Shown here in pieces: positions 34,555-45,680 of a stretch of 64,000 bases of DNA (the stretch's first letter is position 1; each line of letters begins with the position of its first letter). Both the position numbers and the translations under genes were made by a program. The DNA comes from a virus (lineage: Duplodnaviria > Caudoviricetes): positions 299-64,298 of the IMG/VR virus record IMGVR_UViG_3300012280_000034; one strand, written 5' to 3'. The notes beneath the pieces were generated by a model. The model was not told the DNA's origin, did no database searches, and saw nothing but the letters and a program-made list of their open reading frames with translations.

Positions 34555-34821
34555 TTAGCTCAACGTGTATTCTTTCCAAGGTATCTGACTTGGAAGAAGA
34601 TTAGCAAGGAAGTTTACAATATCTTTTCTACCGTGATAATATAATCTTCCTCCTGCTTTTTCTTCAGCGAGAACAACCGGAGCGCCTTGAAATAGGGCAC
34701 TAACTTGGTTTCGCAATATCTCTCTATTTGTATCGTTGGCTATAACATTTGGTTTTACCATAGCAATTGCGAATACTTGTCCTTGTTCCTTTATTAAAGC
34801 ACCTGTAAATTTCATTAACAA
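34555..34821 (-). CDS. Hypothetical moron protein (about 86 aa)
   Basis: AGGAGGTGA SD; antisense to the late operon. Confidence 0.75.
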   Translation of the reverse strand: MLMKFTGALIKEQGQVFAIAMVKPNVIANDTNREILRNQVSALFQGAPVVLAEEKAGGRLYYHGRKDIVNFLANLLPSQIPWKEYTLS

Positions 34822-34891
34822 TCACCTCCTCTCTACCAAAATATTACATCTTACTACAAAATATGTAAAGGTAAATATTCACAAATAACCT

Positions 34892-34920
34892 TTGCATGAT
34901 TTTGTCAAAAAGGGTATAAT
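34892..34920 (+). promoter_or_regulatory. Moron promoter
   Basis: TTGCAT-17-TATAAT. Confidence 0.7.
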
Positions 34921-34948
34921 AAGCATATAACTAATGAGGAGGGTTTCT

Positions 34949-35536
34949 ATGAAAAGATTTAGAGATGTTTTTATAGGTGTTATAATTGGTTGTATGCTTA
35001 TGGCTACGCCTGTGCTGGCAGATAGTATATTGACAAAAATAGATGTTATTTTAAATGGCGTGAATGTACAGCTTGAAGGAAATAATGTTCAAGTTGATAG
35101 TATTTTGTATAACGGTACAACATATTTACCTATGCGTAAGGTAGCTGAATTAGTTGGTAAAGATATTCAATGGAATCAAGACACTAAGACGGCGAACATT
35201 GTAAATAAAACCGATGTGAAAGAAGGTGATTCTGTGACAGAACAACCTACGGAAGATTATAAGATAATCAAAGAAGAAGATAACAAAATTTTGGTTATTC
35301 AGAAAGACGGCAAGGAATATTATTCATGGGATTATATTGCACAATTTGAAAGGCCAAAAGGCGTTACAATTTTCATAGGCGGTAGCGAGTATCGAATTAT
35401 TGATGGTCGATTACAACCCGCCCAAAGTACAGATACCATAGAAATTGATGAAAGTAATTATGTGAAGATTGGTATAGATTATTACATTTCCAAAGACTAC
35501 TATGAGAATATTATACTACCGTTAATAAATAAATAG
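34949..35536 (+). CDS. Secreted protein with copper-amine-oxidase-N (stalk) domain
   Basis: Signal peptide; YNGTTYLPMRKVAELVGKDIQWN motif. Confidence 0.8.
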   Translation: MKRFRDVFIGVIIGCMLMATPVLADSILTKIDVILNGVNVQLEGNNVQVDSILYNGTTYLPMRKVAELVGKDIQWNQDTKTANIVNKTDVKEGDSVTEQPTEDYKIIKEEDNKILVIQKDGKEYYSWDYIAQFERPKGVTIFIGGSEYRIIDGRLQPAQSTDTIEIDESNYVKIGIDYYISKDYYENIILPLINK

Positions 35537-35544
35537 AGGTTTTT

Positions 35545-36363
35545 ATGAGAAGAACTCTGCATTTTGTTTATATGGTCTTAATAATACTATTTTTAGGATG
35601 TTCAAAAAAGCCATCGGTTGTAGAACCGATAAGAATAATGAAAGAAGAAATCACAGAGCAAACTAAAAAAATCAGTGTAAATGACATTCTCACTAAGTTT
35701 CAAGAATGGGAAGGCGCCAAAACTCCTGGCAAATCAATTTACACGCTTAATTATAACAACGATGAATATATTTTAACTATAGTTCCTCAGTCAGCCCAAA
35801 CACTAAACTGGACCGATATTTATTATTTTAAAAATATAGATAATGAAAATGTTACTGTCGAAGAGTTGAAGCCAATGGATGATTTGGCTTCAACAATTTC
35901 ATCATATTGGAGCGAAGATAAGAGATGGATAGACAAAGTTATTAATATGGAGCTACCGTATAATGAAACTTCCGATAATTACACATTATCTGTAGATAAG
36001 TATATTTATAATGGTATTGCTTCAGGAGTATATTTTAAAATAATTAACAATATTGAAACAAAAAATAGTCTTACGAAAGAAGAAATTCTTAAGCAAGCTT
36101 ACTTAAAAGTTAATGCCGACAAAGAATCCGCTTGGATATTTGCAAAAGATGCAGTTAAAGAAAATCTAAAAGCTCCGTCTACTGCTAAATTTCCCTTATA
36201 TGATGAAAGCTATCTCGAAGTTTTGGAAAACGGAATCTACATTATTAGATCTTATGTAGATGCTGAAAATTCGCTTGGCAGTAACATTCGTACGAATTTT
36301 TCTGTGCAAATAACAATTAGAGGTGAGCATGAATATACTTATTCAAATTTAGTATTTAACTGA
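35545..36363 (+). CDS. Lipoprotein of unknown function
   Basis: LFLGC lipobox; C-terminal LKAPSTAKFP...SYVDAENSLG. Confidence 0.75.
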   Translation: MRRTLHFVYMVLIILFLGCSKKPSVVEPIRIMKEEITEQTKKISVNDILTKFQEWEGAKTPGKSIYTLNYNNDEYILTIVPQSAQTLNWTDIYYFKNIDNENVTVEELKPMDDLASTISSYWSEDKRWIDKVINMELPYNETSDNYTLSVDKYIYNGIASGVYFKIINNIETKNSLTKEEILKQAYLKVNADKESAWIFAKDAVKENLKAPSTAKFPLYDESYLEVLENGIYIIRSYVDAENSLGSNIRTNFSVQITIRGEHEYTYSNLVFN

Positions 36364-36384
36364 AACATTCATTAATTATAGCAT

Positions 36385-36410
36385 AAGAGCGATTTGTTCG
36401 CTCTTTTTTT
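36385..36410 (+). terminator. Moron terminator
   Basis: AAGAGCGA-TTTGT-TCGCTCTT followed by TTTTT. Confidence 0.75.
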
Positions 36411-36432
36411 ATATCTAAAACGAGGTGATACA

Positions 36433-37056
36433 ATGTCTCAACTCCAAATAACAAATACAACAAAAAACTCAATAAGCGCACGTGTTATAGAATTAGATAC
36501 CGGATTTGCCTATACAAGAAGATTTGAATGGTACTTAGACGGAGTTTATAAAGGTGCGAATTACACTTCATCGGGCGCATCCACTTCGCCTACCTTTGTT
36601 TATACTGGATTGAATCCAAGCACTGAATATTTAGTTAGAGTTGATATTTATAATCAAAACACAGGTGCATTTTTAACTTCATTTTTGCGATTTGTATCTA
36701 CATTACAGGGAATTACTCCTTGGGAGTGGTATACTCCCAAAACTGAAAACCATATGCTTAATCCAGTTACCCGCCAAGAATGGTTAGATTTCTGCAGTAA
36801 AATAAATGAGGTTAGAGATGCAAGGGGACTTCCACTTTATTCATTTACCACAAGCACAACTTATATAGATAAAGACAAGCCTTTTACAGCATGGATATTC
36901 TTGCAAGCAGCTAATTCCATTAATGATATGGGTGGAATTGCACCACAATTATTAGCCGTGAAATCTATGAGCGCTTCGCCATGGGGTAATGATAGCGTTA
37001 TATATCCATGGTACTGGGACAACCTCAAAGCTGCCTTAAACAATGCTATTCCATAG
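36433..37056 (+). CDS. Fibronectin-III-domain tail-associated protein
   Basis: YTGLNPSTEYLVRV Fn3 signature; C-terminal EWLDFCSKINEVR. Confidence 0.65.
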   Translation: MSQLQITNTTKNSISARVIELDTGFAYTRRFEWYLDGVYKGANYTSSGASTSPTFVYTGLNPSTEYLVRVDIYNQNTGAFLTSFLRFVSTLQGITPWEWYTPKTENHMLNPVTRQEWLDFCSKINEVRDARGLPLYSFTTSTTYIDKDKPFTAWIFLQAANSINDMGGIAPQLLAVKSMSASPWGNDSVIYPWYWDNLKAALNNAIP

Positions 37057-37167
37057 AATTGTATTACAAGTCATTTAAACAGCGTTTAAGAACCTTGTAT
37101 GTCTTTCTTGTGCCTTTGTACTACGCGACAATTAATGTGCATCTATGAGCCTGTAATCGCCTTATAC

Positions 37168-37210
37168 TGAAGAAGAAAACCACCCATACGCTGAGTGGTT
37201 TTCTTCTTCA
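37168..37210. terminator. Bidirectional terminator where the late and early arms converge
   Basis: Perfect 16-bp inverted repeat TGAAGAAGAAAACCAC / GTGGTTTTCTTCTTCA. Confidence 0.8.
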
Positions 37211-37744
37211 CTTAAATCTATTTGTTATTATTTTTAGAGAGTCAAATGTATCACTTTCTATCCTTGCCACAATAGCAGCATTTGTTAAAGCTCTTTTTAA
37301 ATTTCTTTGCAGGCTCTTTTCGGAATAAAAGTCTGCGCTTAATTCACTTAATGTTTGTCCCCAGTTTTTATTTTCCTGAAGCTTGAGTTGAATAAGTCTC
37401 TGATGTTTTGTGGGTAGCGATTTAAAGGCGCGTTCTGTTTTTTCTCTAATGGTAGCAATAATATATAATTCTTTTGTAATTTCTATGGCCATCTGCTTTT
37501 TTTCTTTGTCAAGATTTTGCATTGCATTTACCGCTTTTTCCACAGGCATTGATACTTCTCCGGTGTTTGAATGTGGCATATCCGATAATTTATGATTAAA
37601 TGATACACCATCTATAACGTCATCACAGCCATCGTACTGTTCTATAATTTTTAAATCTGCTTTAATTGAAGCCTCAAGTCCTTTTAGCAACGGGATAAAT
37701 GTAAATACTTCCCGCATTTCGTCTCTGCCTATGTATTTAATCAA
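37208..37744 (-). CDS. Late transcriptional activator (ArpU/RinA, sigma-R4-like)
   Basis: Last gene of the early arm; AFKSLPTKHQRLIQLK...WGQ...YSEKSLQRNLKRAL pattern. Confidence 0.65.
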   Translation of the reverse strand: MIKYIGRDEMREVFTFIPLLKGLEASIKADLKIIEQYDGCDDVIDGVSFNHKLSDMPHSNTGEVSMPVEKAVNAMQNLDKEKKQMAIEITKELYIIATIREKTERAFKSLPTKHQRLIQLKLQENKNWGQTLSELSADFYSEKSLQRNLKRALTNAAIVARIESDTFDSLKIITNRFK

Positions 37745-39295
37745 TATTTTTCTCCCTCCTTCTATGCGTCCTATACCAATCTGCTTTCCTTATGCTCGTC
37801 CGAATAATATTTTTATACCTATCCTTATACTCGAACACATACAAATGCGGCGTTATTGATATCAGGATGCCGTCAACTAAACGCACCTTACTTCTGATGT
37901 TCGGGTCTTCTTCATAGAGGTAAGCTTTTTGAATTTCTATAGGGATTTTATATGTTTGTCCAATTTGCATTCAATCACCGTCCTTATTTTATTTCAACTG
38001 CTCTTACATTTGCAATCTGATAAAAAGTCGGATTCATTCCATGTTTTACAAGCCACTCCTCAACTACCTTTGATAACTGTTCAGAAAGTTCGTCCAAATT
38101 CTCACGTTTTGCTTCTATTAACGGTTCCCAACTCTCCGCTGCTTCTCCAGCAAAATCAAAAGCGTCCTCTTCTAAATTTTCCAAAACCCTATCAGAATCA
38201 ACATTTATTGTGAAGTCAACAGGCTCACCAACATATATTATATCGCCGATTTCCTTATCATAATTCTCAACGGCATCCTTAATACAATCCTCTATTGTTT
38301 CACATATATCATGTTGCCACAATTCGGCATCTTCATTATGCTCCCATGTAAATTTACTCATCGCTTATCCTCCCTCAAATCATCAATCTCCACATCAACA
38401 CACTTACCCATCTCAAGGAGCTGACACCCTTAGCAATTACTGCTTGCACAAAGGACTTGTCCGTCTTCGATGTTTGCTTTAGCTGCGTACTTCATCTGTT
38501 TTCATCCTCCTTGTCATTATGATTATGTATGATTTTTATAGGTGTCCAAGAGAATACGCTCCAAACTATTAAGATGCTCAGGATTGGATGCTCGCTCATG
38601 AAATTCAGCATTAATTGCAAATTACTCATTATTGCCATCCTCCTTCAGCAGTTCCGGCAACGGTCTCCATGCTATCACATATTCCTTATTTAGAAAGTTA
38701 GAAGAAAAATCATCACCATCAAAAGCCTTATATTCACCGCTTAAATGTTTCAAAAACTTATTATCGGAATGGTATAAACACCCTACAACTTGCGCTGTAG
38801 CTCCTTCTCCATCCTTTAAGTACAAAAGAATGTGCTTATTGTTTTCAGGAAGTTTTTCAGTAACAGGAATCCACCTATTTAGCGCCCTTAACCGCTCAAT
38901 TTCTTCAATCAAATAGGAGAACCCGTCAATAAGCCATTCGCAAAATTCAGCATGTCCCTCATGGTATGAATCGCCATTATTCCCTTTTCCACCGTGACAA
39001 TGGCTTTCAAAATTTATATAATCTTCATAATTTCTTTTTATTTCCTGCAATTCTTTATCTGTCATCACAATCACCACCAATGCCTTTTAATTATCTGATA
39101 ATTTGTTACTATGACTGCGCTAAATCCCTCTCCGTCACGTATAAATTCGCCAGTATCTATTACATCTTTTATACTTTTTATTTTTTCAGTTTTACCTATA
39201 AGTACAACTCCTGTCCCGATATTCCCGTCTTTAGTTTTATTAGAATACGCAATTAGATAATCATACTTCATAGCTATACTCCTTACACATCTCAA
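37737..39295 (-). other. Run of small hypothetical early genes (37737-37970, 37984-38361, 38622-39080 DUF551-like, 39071-39295)
   Basis: Coupled ORFs with SDs; WIPVTEKLPE...AWRPLPE in 38622-39080. Confidence 0.65.
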
Positions 39296-39304
39296 CGATT
39301 ATCG

Positions 39305-39592
39305 TCATTGATATATTATCTCCTTCCCACTCAAATCTGCAATTTGATGCTCAATCTTCGCTCCTGTGCTTTCCTTCCAATTATTCAGCATATAAATGGT
39401 ATCGCAGGCCTTCAACATTGCTGTGCATATGTTCATATAGTCGTCATACATCAACCCCTCAGGCACCACAGAAGGATTAACAACAATATGTCCTTGTTTC
39501 TTTAACTCTTCCTCAGCTTTGTTGAAGTGCTCTTTATGATTTGGCAGGCCTGTTATTTTGCCTGCTATATATATTTTCTTCTTCATAATCAA
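39305..39592 (-). CDS. DUF4406 (nucleoside deoxyribosyltransferase-like) protein
   Basis: KIYIAGKITG, VVNPS, CDTIYML..W..S.GAKIE motifs. Confidence 0.85.
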   Translation of the reverse strand: MIMKKKIYIAGKITGLPNHKEHFNKAEEELKKQGHIVVNPSVVPEGLMYDDYMNICTAMLKACDTIYMLNNWKESTGAKIEHQIADLSGKEIIYQ

Positions 39593-40041
39593 TCCTCCAC
39601 ATCCTCAAACATCACGGTATTAAACCCATAATCTGGTATCTCTTCAAACTCGACATCTGAATTGCAATTGTGCACATAGATTTCTTTAACTGTTAATACG
39701 TCGCCCTTTTTCATATACTTATTGGCAAACTTTCTATCGCCATCATACCCGTTCTTATCTAAATACCTTACCTTTCTACCTTTAGGAGAAGGCCCTCTCA
39801 TGTATCTTTTGCCCGGATGGTACATATCAATTCCACCGACAAGACTCATGGTTTCACTTTTAACCAAGTCGGGATTTGTACATCCGCTTAGAAGCAGTTG
39901 AAGTTTTCTATATTCAAGTGCTTCGGTTGCCAAGTCTATTGCTTGTCGTGTTGCATTGTGCTGTTGGTATAACTTTTTAAAGTCATAATCATTTTTAATG
40001 GTATATATCGCTTTTTCAATTTCATTTATATCATCAAACAT
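39589..40041 (-). CDS. Hypothetical phage protein
   Basis: ORF track; coupled. Confidence 0.7.
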   Translation of the reverse strand: MFDDINEIEKAIYTIKNDYDFKKLYQQHNATRQAIDLATEALEYRKLQLLLSGCTNPDLVKSETMSLVGGIDMYHPGKRYMRGPSPKGRKVRYLDKNGYDGDRKFANKYMKKGDVLTVKEIYVHNCNSDVEFEEIPDYGFNTVMFEDVED

Positions 40042-40060
40042 ATTTTCTGATTTCCTTTCC

Positions 40061-40966
40061 TTATTCGATTTCTTCTGAAATTTTCATCGATATCCTGCGT
40101 ATTAAATCATTTAACAGCATAGACTGATTAATATTACTTTCAACCATATCTTTAATCTCTTCATCAGAAAATTTCATCTTAACATCATTTAAGTATTGAC
40201 TAACCATTGCCGTTTTTTCTCTGTTATCAAGTACCGTTATTTCATGTTTTAATGAAAACCTACGTAACAAAGCCTCGTCTATCCTGTCAAGTCTATTAGT
40301 TGCGGCGATAACTATTACATCATTAGGTAACTTATCAAACTCCTGCATAAGTGTAATTGTAATACGCGCCATTTCTCCGCTTGCACTATTGCTTGAATTT
40401 GTATCTGATCTCCTAATGCTAATACAATCTATTTCATCAAGCATAAATACACACGGATTAGTTATTGCGTAGGAAAAAGCTTTGCTTATATTTTTAGATG
40501 TACTTCCCATATACGAATCAACTAAATGCGAAAAATTCAAATAGCAAAATGGTAATCCTGTCTTATATGAAATATATCTTCCGAATGTTGTCTTTCCTGT
40601 CCCACTCTCGCCATAAAGCAAAGTAGAATTAATATATGGTATGCCTAACTCCATAAGCTTCTCATTTATTCTCTGCATGCGGATTATATTTTCGTATACG
40701 TTCTTTTCTCTGTCAGATAAAAAGTATCTGTTTGATTTGAATGAATTTGATACATCTTCTACCAATAGCAGACCTTTCATATCGTATGGAAGCTCCATCA
40801 TATTACTGCCATTAGATTCTAAGATGTTTTTATATTTACTACAAAACCACTTATTTTTAGCAGTTGTATCTTCCGTTACACAGGCAAGTGCACATTTTTT
40901 AGCTTCCACAATGTCATTTTTAGATACTGCCTGTATTAGCTTCTGTTGTCTGTCTGTCAATCCCAT
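40061..40966 (-). CDS. AAA+ ATPase
   Basis: GESGTGKT, FMLDEID, AATNRLDRIDEALLRRF. Confidence 0.92.
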   Translation of the reverse strand: MGLTDRQQKLIQAVSKNDIVEAKKCALACVTEDTTAKNKWFCSKYKNILESNGSNMMELPYDMKGLLLVEDVSNSFKSNRYFLSDREKNVYENIIRMQRINEKLMELGIPYINSTLLYGESGTGKTTFGRYISYKTGLPFCYLNFSHLVDSYMGSTSKNISKAFSYAITNPCVFMLDEIDCISIRRSDTNSSNSASGEMARITITLMQEFDKLPNDVIVIAATNRLDRIDEALLRRFSLKHEITVLDNREKTAMVSQYLNDVKMKFSDEEIKDMVESNINQSMLLNDLIRRISMKISEEIE

Positions 40967-41188
40967 AATTTATGTTTCCTTTCCTTAAATTATCGTATAT
41001 ACTTTTGGTAGCAGCAGGAGAAGCCTGTCCTATCCGCCAAGATTAACGGCTTCCCCTTGCTTGCTGTTAATTATGAAATATAAAGTATGTCCTGCCGCAC
41101 TTCCGACAAACACCTTTTTTGTCTTTGAAGTAATCTAAATCGTCGTTATGGCATCCTATTATTGCGTGAAGTATAAAGTATAGAAATT

Positions 41189-42745
41189 TCATATTTCCTC
41201 CTGCTCAATTACTTCCATTTTACTCACATCAGATATTCCGTTTTCGTCGACGCAAGGGAATAAATCATAACCATCCCAACAGAACACAACTCCCGTTATA
41301 TGAACTGTTGTAAATTCAGCATCAAAATCAGGATGGCATTTTACTGTTCGTTGAACCGTTTTAAAACACACATCGAATTCTCTTACTTCGCCATCGTCTA
41401 AAACAAGCCTTGTCCTGTCACCAAATTTAATAGGTGTGCCATTACTGTCCTTTAGTCCCGTTAAAAAACCCGTTAATCCGTTGTTCATATTCCCTCCTTT
41501 TCCTCTGTAAAATATTCCTCCAATTCATTTACAAAGTCGCAAAGCTCTTTCTTCTCCTTGCTTTGAAGAAACGAACCCATAATAACACCTCTTATTATGT
41601 TAAAATTTCTTTCTGCTTCTTGCGACAGTCCATTTTCTTTGTAATTTTCAAATTTATTCATACTTCCTCCTAAAATGGTAGTCCAAATTCAATACACCTA
41701 TAACCCTTCTGCTCCTTCGCAAGCCCCTTAACCTCTTTTAACGGTTCATAGGCTCCCGTGCCAGCCATTATCTGCCATAGCAAGTATTCATCTGCTATAA
41801 AGTTGTTGGATGCACAAGTACCCATACATTCGCCTTTTGATGTGTATACAAACACCTTTTCGCCTTGTTTTAAACTGATGTCCATTGGTAACTTAAATAA
41901 GAAATTTTTATTGCTGTCACCGTGATTTACAAATACTAAATTGTGATACATTTGGTTTCCTCCCTCTTTTTCGAGAACACTTTCGAATTCTACGACGTTT
42001 TTTTCTTCTTTTGCCGATGGACCATTTATATTTCCATATGTCACCCACTTGCATGCTTCTACATTATAGTAAGTATTTTTCCGATATACACACCAATGGC
42101 TACCATCAAGCAAAGAATTTCCACCACCCCAAACAAACCCGTTCTCATGCAAGAATTTCAGTAGTTCGTTAGCTTTTACCTCCGTGTTACAATGTACTTT
42201 TTTTCCTATTATTTTTTCTAAATTAAATTTCATATTTCCTCCTATTGTTGGAATCTAAATTAATGAAACTCAACCGCTCCATTCTCAGCAGCCATTTCAA
42301 AAGCCTTCTGCCACAACTTATATCTTTCAAGCCACCATTCACCTTCGTCATTAGGTATTGTTTTTGAAAATGCATCCGCTTCATCAACATATGTCTTAAA
42401 ATCTTCTGCTAATTTTTTAGACACTACCGAGCCGATAACACCTTCGTTGTCTGCAAAATCAATCAACTCTTGAAATGCAACATCACCTTTAAACGTATTT
42501 AATTGTTTTCTCCAATAATTATATCCGCTATAACTTCCTGCTGGAAAATTCAACCTTTCCTCATATTCATAAACAGTGTTTAATTCAACACCTTCAGAAC
42601 GTCCCGGGAAGTGTTTTTCCGCCCATTCAATACTTGCATCAGGCGTAAGCCACTGCGTTTCCCAATTTCCAAATTCTCCATATTCATTAATTTCAGGGTT
42701 TTCAACCTTTTTTAAATTTTTATAAGCTGTAATATCTAATCCCAT
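41189..42745 (-). other. Hypothetical early genes (41189-41488, 41670-42233, 42260-42745)
   Basis: ORF track with AGGAGG SDs. Confidence 0.65.
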
Positions 42746-42757
42746 GTTATTTCCTCC

Positions 42758-43183
42758 TTAAAATGGTATTTTGTCATCGTCCACCGGAACAAATATATCC
42801 TCGTCCGTATCAAAATTCGTCTGCGGTCTTGCTTGTCCCTCTGACTTACTGCCTAAAAATTCAACCTTTTCTGCCAAAATATCAGTAGTGTATCCCTTGG
42901 ATCCGTCTTCTTTGCTATAAGAACCTGTGTTTATTCTTCCTTTAACCGCAACTTGGCTGCCCTTTGATAGATATTGAGCCGAGGTTTCTGCCATCTTGCC
43001 AAATATCGTTACAGGAATAAAATCTGCAGTTTGTTTTCCTTGGTTTTGTGCTTCTTGTTTCTTGTCCTTTGCCATATCCCTATCAACTGCTATTGTCATT
43101 TTGCATACCGCCATACCGCTTGACGGTATAAACTTTAATTCAGGGTCTCTTGCACACCGCCCTATAATAACTGCTAAATTCAT
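42758..43183 (-). CDS. ssb: Single-stranded DNA-binding protein
   Basis: MNLAVIIGR..RDPEL, TADFIPV, KGSQVAVKGR, acidic DDDKIPF tail. Confidence 0.95.
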   Translation of the reverse strand: MNLAVIIGRCARDPELKFIPSSGMAVCKMTIAVDRDMAKDKKQEAQNQGKQTADFIPVTIFGKMAETSAQYLSKGSQVAVKGRINTGSYSKEDGSKGYTTDILAEKVEFLGSKSEGQARPQTNFDTDEDIFVPVDDDKIPF

Positions 43184-45246
43184 TATTCTTCCTCACTTTC
43201 TTCTTTATACTTCCTTAACAACTCTAAATCCTTTACGTTATTTTCTTCGCAGTATTCCAAGTATCTTCTGTCTATTTTACCTAACTGATATGTGGTGTTT
43301 CTTGTCTTGACTATTCCTTTTATTAAATCAAAATCAACGCTACTTTGTATACTGCTTGTATGTACATACTTACCATCCTCAATCCTTGGATGATTATATA
43401 CGTTACCACACAGTATTTTACTTCTTAACTCCGGAGCCGTAAAAGGATTATTACCTGATTCTTGTATGCTCCAATTTTCAATAGTTACAACTTTATTTTC
43501 CATTTATTCCTCACTTTCCTTTTCTAAAATATATTCAGTTCCTTTTTTGCCGCCGCTCAAATCAAACTGATTTGCCATCACAACTGTATAACCTTGGTTG
43601 AGAGCATTTGATAGGTTTGTAGTTGGATTTGTGTAAGTTTCAGGAAAAGTTCTAATTACAATTTGCTTTTTCATCTATTCCTCCCTATTCAATTCATCAA
43701 TCAGCTTACTCAACTCTACCGATACATTAGCTGCTATTTTGCCCGCTTTGGCAAATGCCTCATAACTAAAAGGCTTGTTAATCGACAATCCGATTATCTT
43801 GTCAATTTCATCATTGAGCTTGTATATTTTCTGTGCTATTTCAAAGTTATCCATTAATCGTCCTCCGCTAATTACTCTTATATTTCTTGCTATATCCGCA
43901 CTTCTTGCAGCGGTAGGTTTTAATATCATATATGTCTTGAGTGCCTATAATAATGTCTCTAACTTCAAAATCTTTAATATCAAATATCATTTCCCAATCA
44001 TGCTGACAGAAGCACGAACGGATGTAGTTTATTAGAAATCGCATGATGCAGAAACCTTTTTTTCTTGTTCCTCTTTGACCAAGGCTTTCAACAATATCAA
44101 ATAATTTATGTGATCCGTGATTTTTTCACTCCATTGTTCCACGCTGTAATCTTCCCCACTGTTTATCATGTCATAAACGCTGATTGTATGCTTCGCCATC
44201 ATGCCTGCCAAAGCCTGTTCAGGTGTACAATTTTGAATCTCTGCTGCCACTTTGAAGTTATGCAGCCTGTCGTCGGTAGCGTACTCTTTTGCTTTCGATT
44301 GAAGTATACCTTTGATTGTCTCTATTTGTTCATTTAAAACCGTATTAAATTGTTCTGCGTTCATACTTCCTCCATTTTAATTTGATTTTCTAAATCTCTT
44401 TTCATTACTCTTGGCTTATATGTCTTTTCAATATCAAATACATCCATCTCATTGAACCCAAAATCTTTGCATTTATTTGGTGTCACGCATAATTGTTTCG
44501 GTCTTTGATGTTGCTTTACCTCGCAATAAGCAATATCTTCGTCAATCAGTACGGCATTTGCACAGTAGCGGCAGTATTGCTTCACTCTTCTTCCTCCCCA
44601 TTAATCACGTTAAGCCACTTGTCGCAACAAGATATGCACATATAAGACGATACCGGACCTTCATCTAAAAAACCTGTCTCTCTTAAAGCTTGTTCGCCTT
44701 TTGGAATCTCTTTTTGACAAGAAAAACATGTATGCTCTTTTCTAACTTTCACTACTTTTTGTTTATGATTGAGCAAATCTTCGTCAGCTCCAAAGAATTC
44801 TGTTTCTTCATAATCGCTAATTTGATATTTCATTTTTTACTTCCGCTCCTTTCAACGCCCACTCGGCTTCTTTTCTGCCCCGCTCTTCTAAATCCTAATA
44901 TTCAGCCAACCTGTTTAGGACAGACCCATAAGTACATTTTTCCTCTAAGCATTTGTCTGTACCTTGCCGCTTACAATGATGGCAGGGAGAATGCTTTTCG
45001 TATCTTTCTTTAGAACACACTATACCGTCTATTCTTTCAGTTAACCTATCCATTTCAAACCTCCTACTCCCAATGTGCTATATTGTCAGATTCTCTTATG
45101 TTTGAAGCATATAATTTTTCATCAGCTATTTTATTTTTAAAAATTATATTCAATTCGAGTGAACCGTCTATTCCGTCTCTGTGCAGATAAAAGTCATCTA
45201 TACCGCCTATATCTTCAATTTCTTTGATTACTTCTGATAGTTTCAA
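43183..45246 (-). other. Small hypothetical early genes (43183-43503, 43675-43929, 44032-44364, 44361-44585, 44582-44833, 45064-45246)
   Basis: Coupled ORFs; several Cys-rich. Confidence 0.6.
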
Positions 45247-45680
45247 TTAGCAGCCTCCTTCTTCCTTTTCTTGTTCTCCCGGTAGATTTTCTTCAAATCC
45301 TCATAAAGAATCCAACCGTCTTTATCGCCATGTTTCAAGTTCCTGCATACCCAAACAAGGTTTATTTTCGGGTATCTGTATTCAAATAGCTTTCTCCTTA
45401 TTTCTCCCTGCTGCGTAGCTGTTCCCATGCTTTTTACATCTATCGCCGTAATGCTGTTGTCGTGATGAATTACGTTGAAGTCGGGAGTATAGGTGATGGC
45501 TTGTCTCTTTTTACCTTGGTATTCAAACTTTGGTATAAGCTCATACTTAGGTTGAATTTCAAAGTCTTTTATCAAGTCTGCTTCTTTCTGAGATTTTAGG
45601 AGAAGGTAATAAATTGATTCGTCTTTGCTGTCGAAGGTTATTCCGTCAACAGTTACTTTCTTATTGCCATATTTACTCAC
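45243..45680 (-). CDS. DUF1064 family endonuclease-like protein
   Basis: SKYGNKKVTVDGITFDSKDE...YTPDF...DVK; GTG start. Confidence 0.85.
   Translation of the reverse strand: MSKYGNKKVTVDGITFDSKDESIYYLLLKSQKEADLIKDFEIQPKYELIPKFEYQGKKRQAITYTPDFNVIHHDNSITAIDVKSMGTATQQGEIRRKLFEYRYPKINLVWVCRNLKHGDKDGWILYEDLKKIYRENKKRKKEAAN

Noticed and set aside
28069-37056. Diversity-generating retroelement or shufflon acting on the tail fibres
   Set aside because: No reverse transcriptase or invertase gene, and I saw no TR/VR pair or inverted crossover repeats.
40061-40966. AAA ATPase as part of a defence system
   Set aside because: It is embedded in the early lytic operon with no partner nuclease or protease and no separate promoter.
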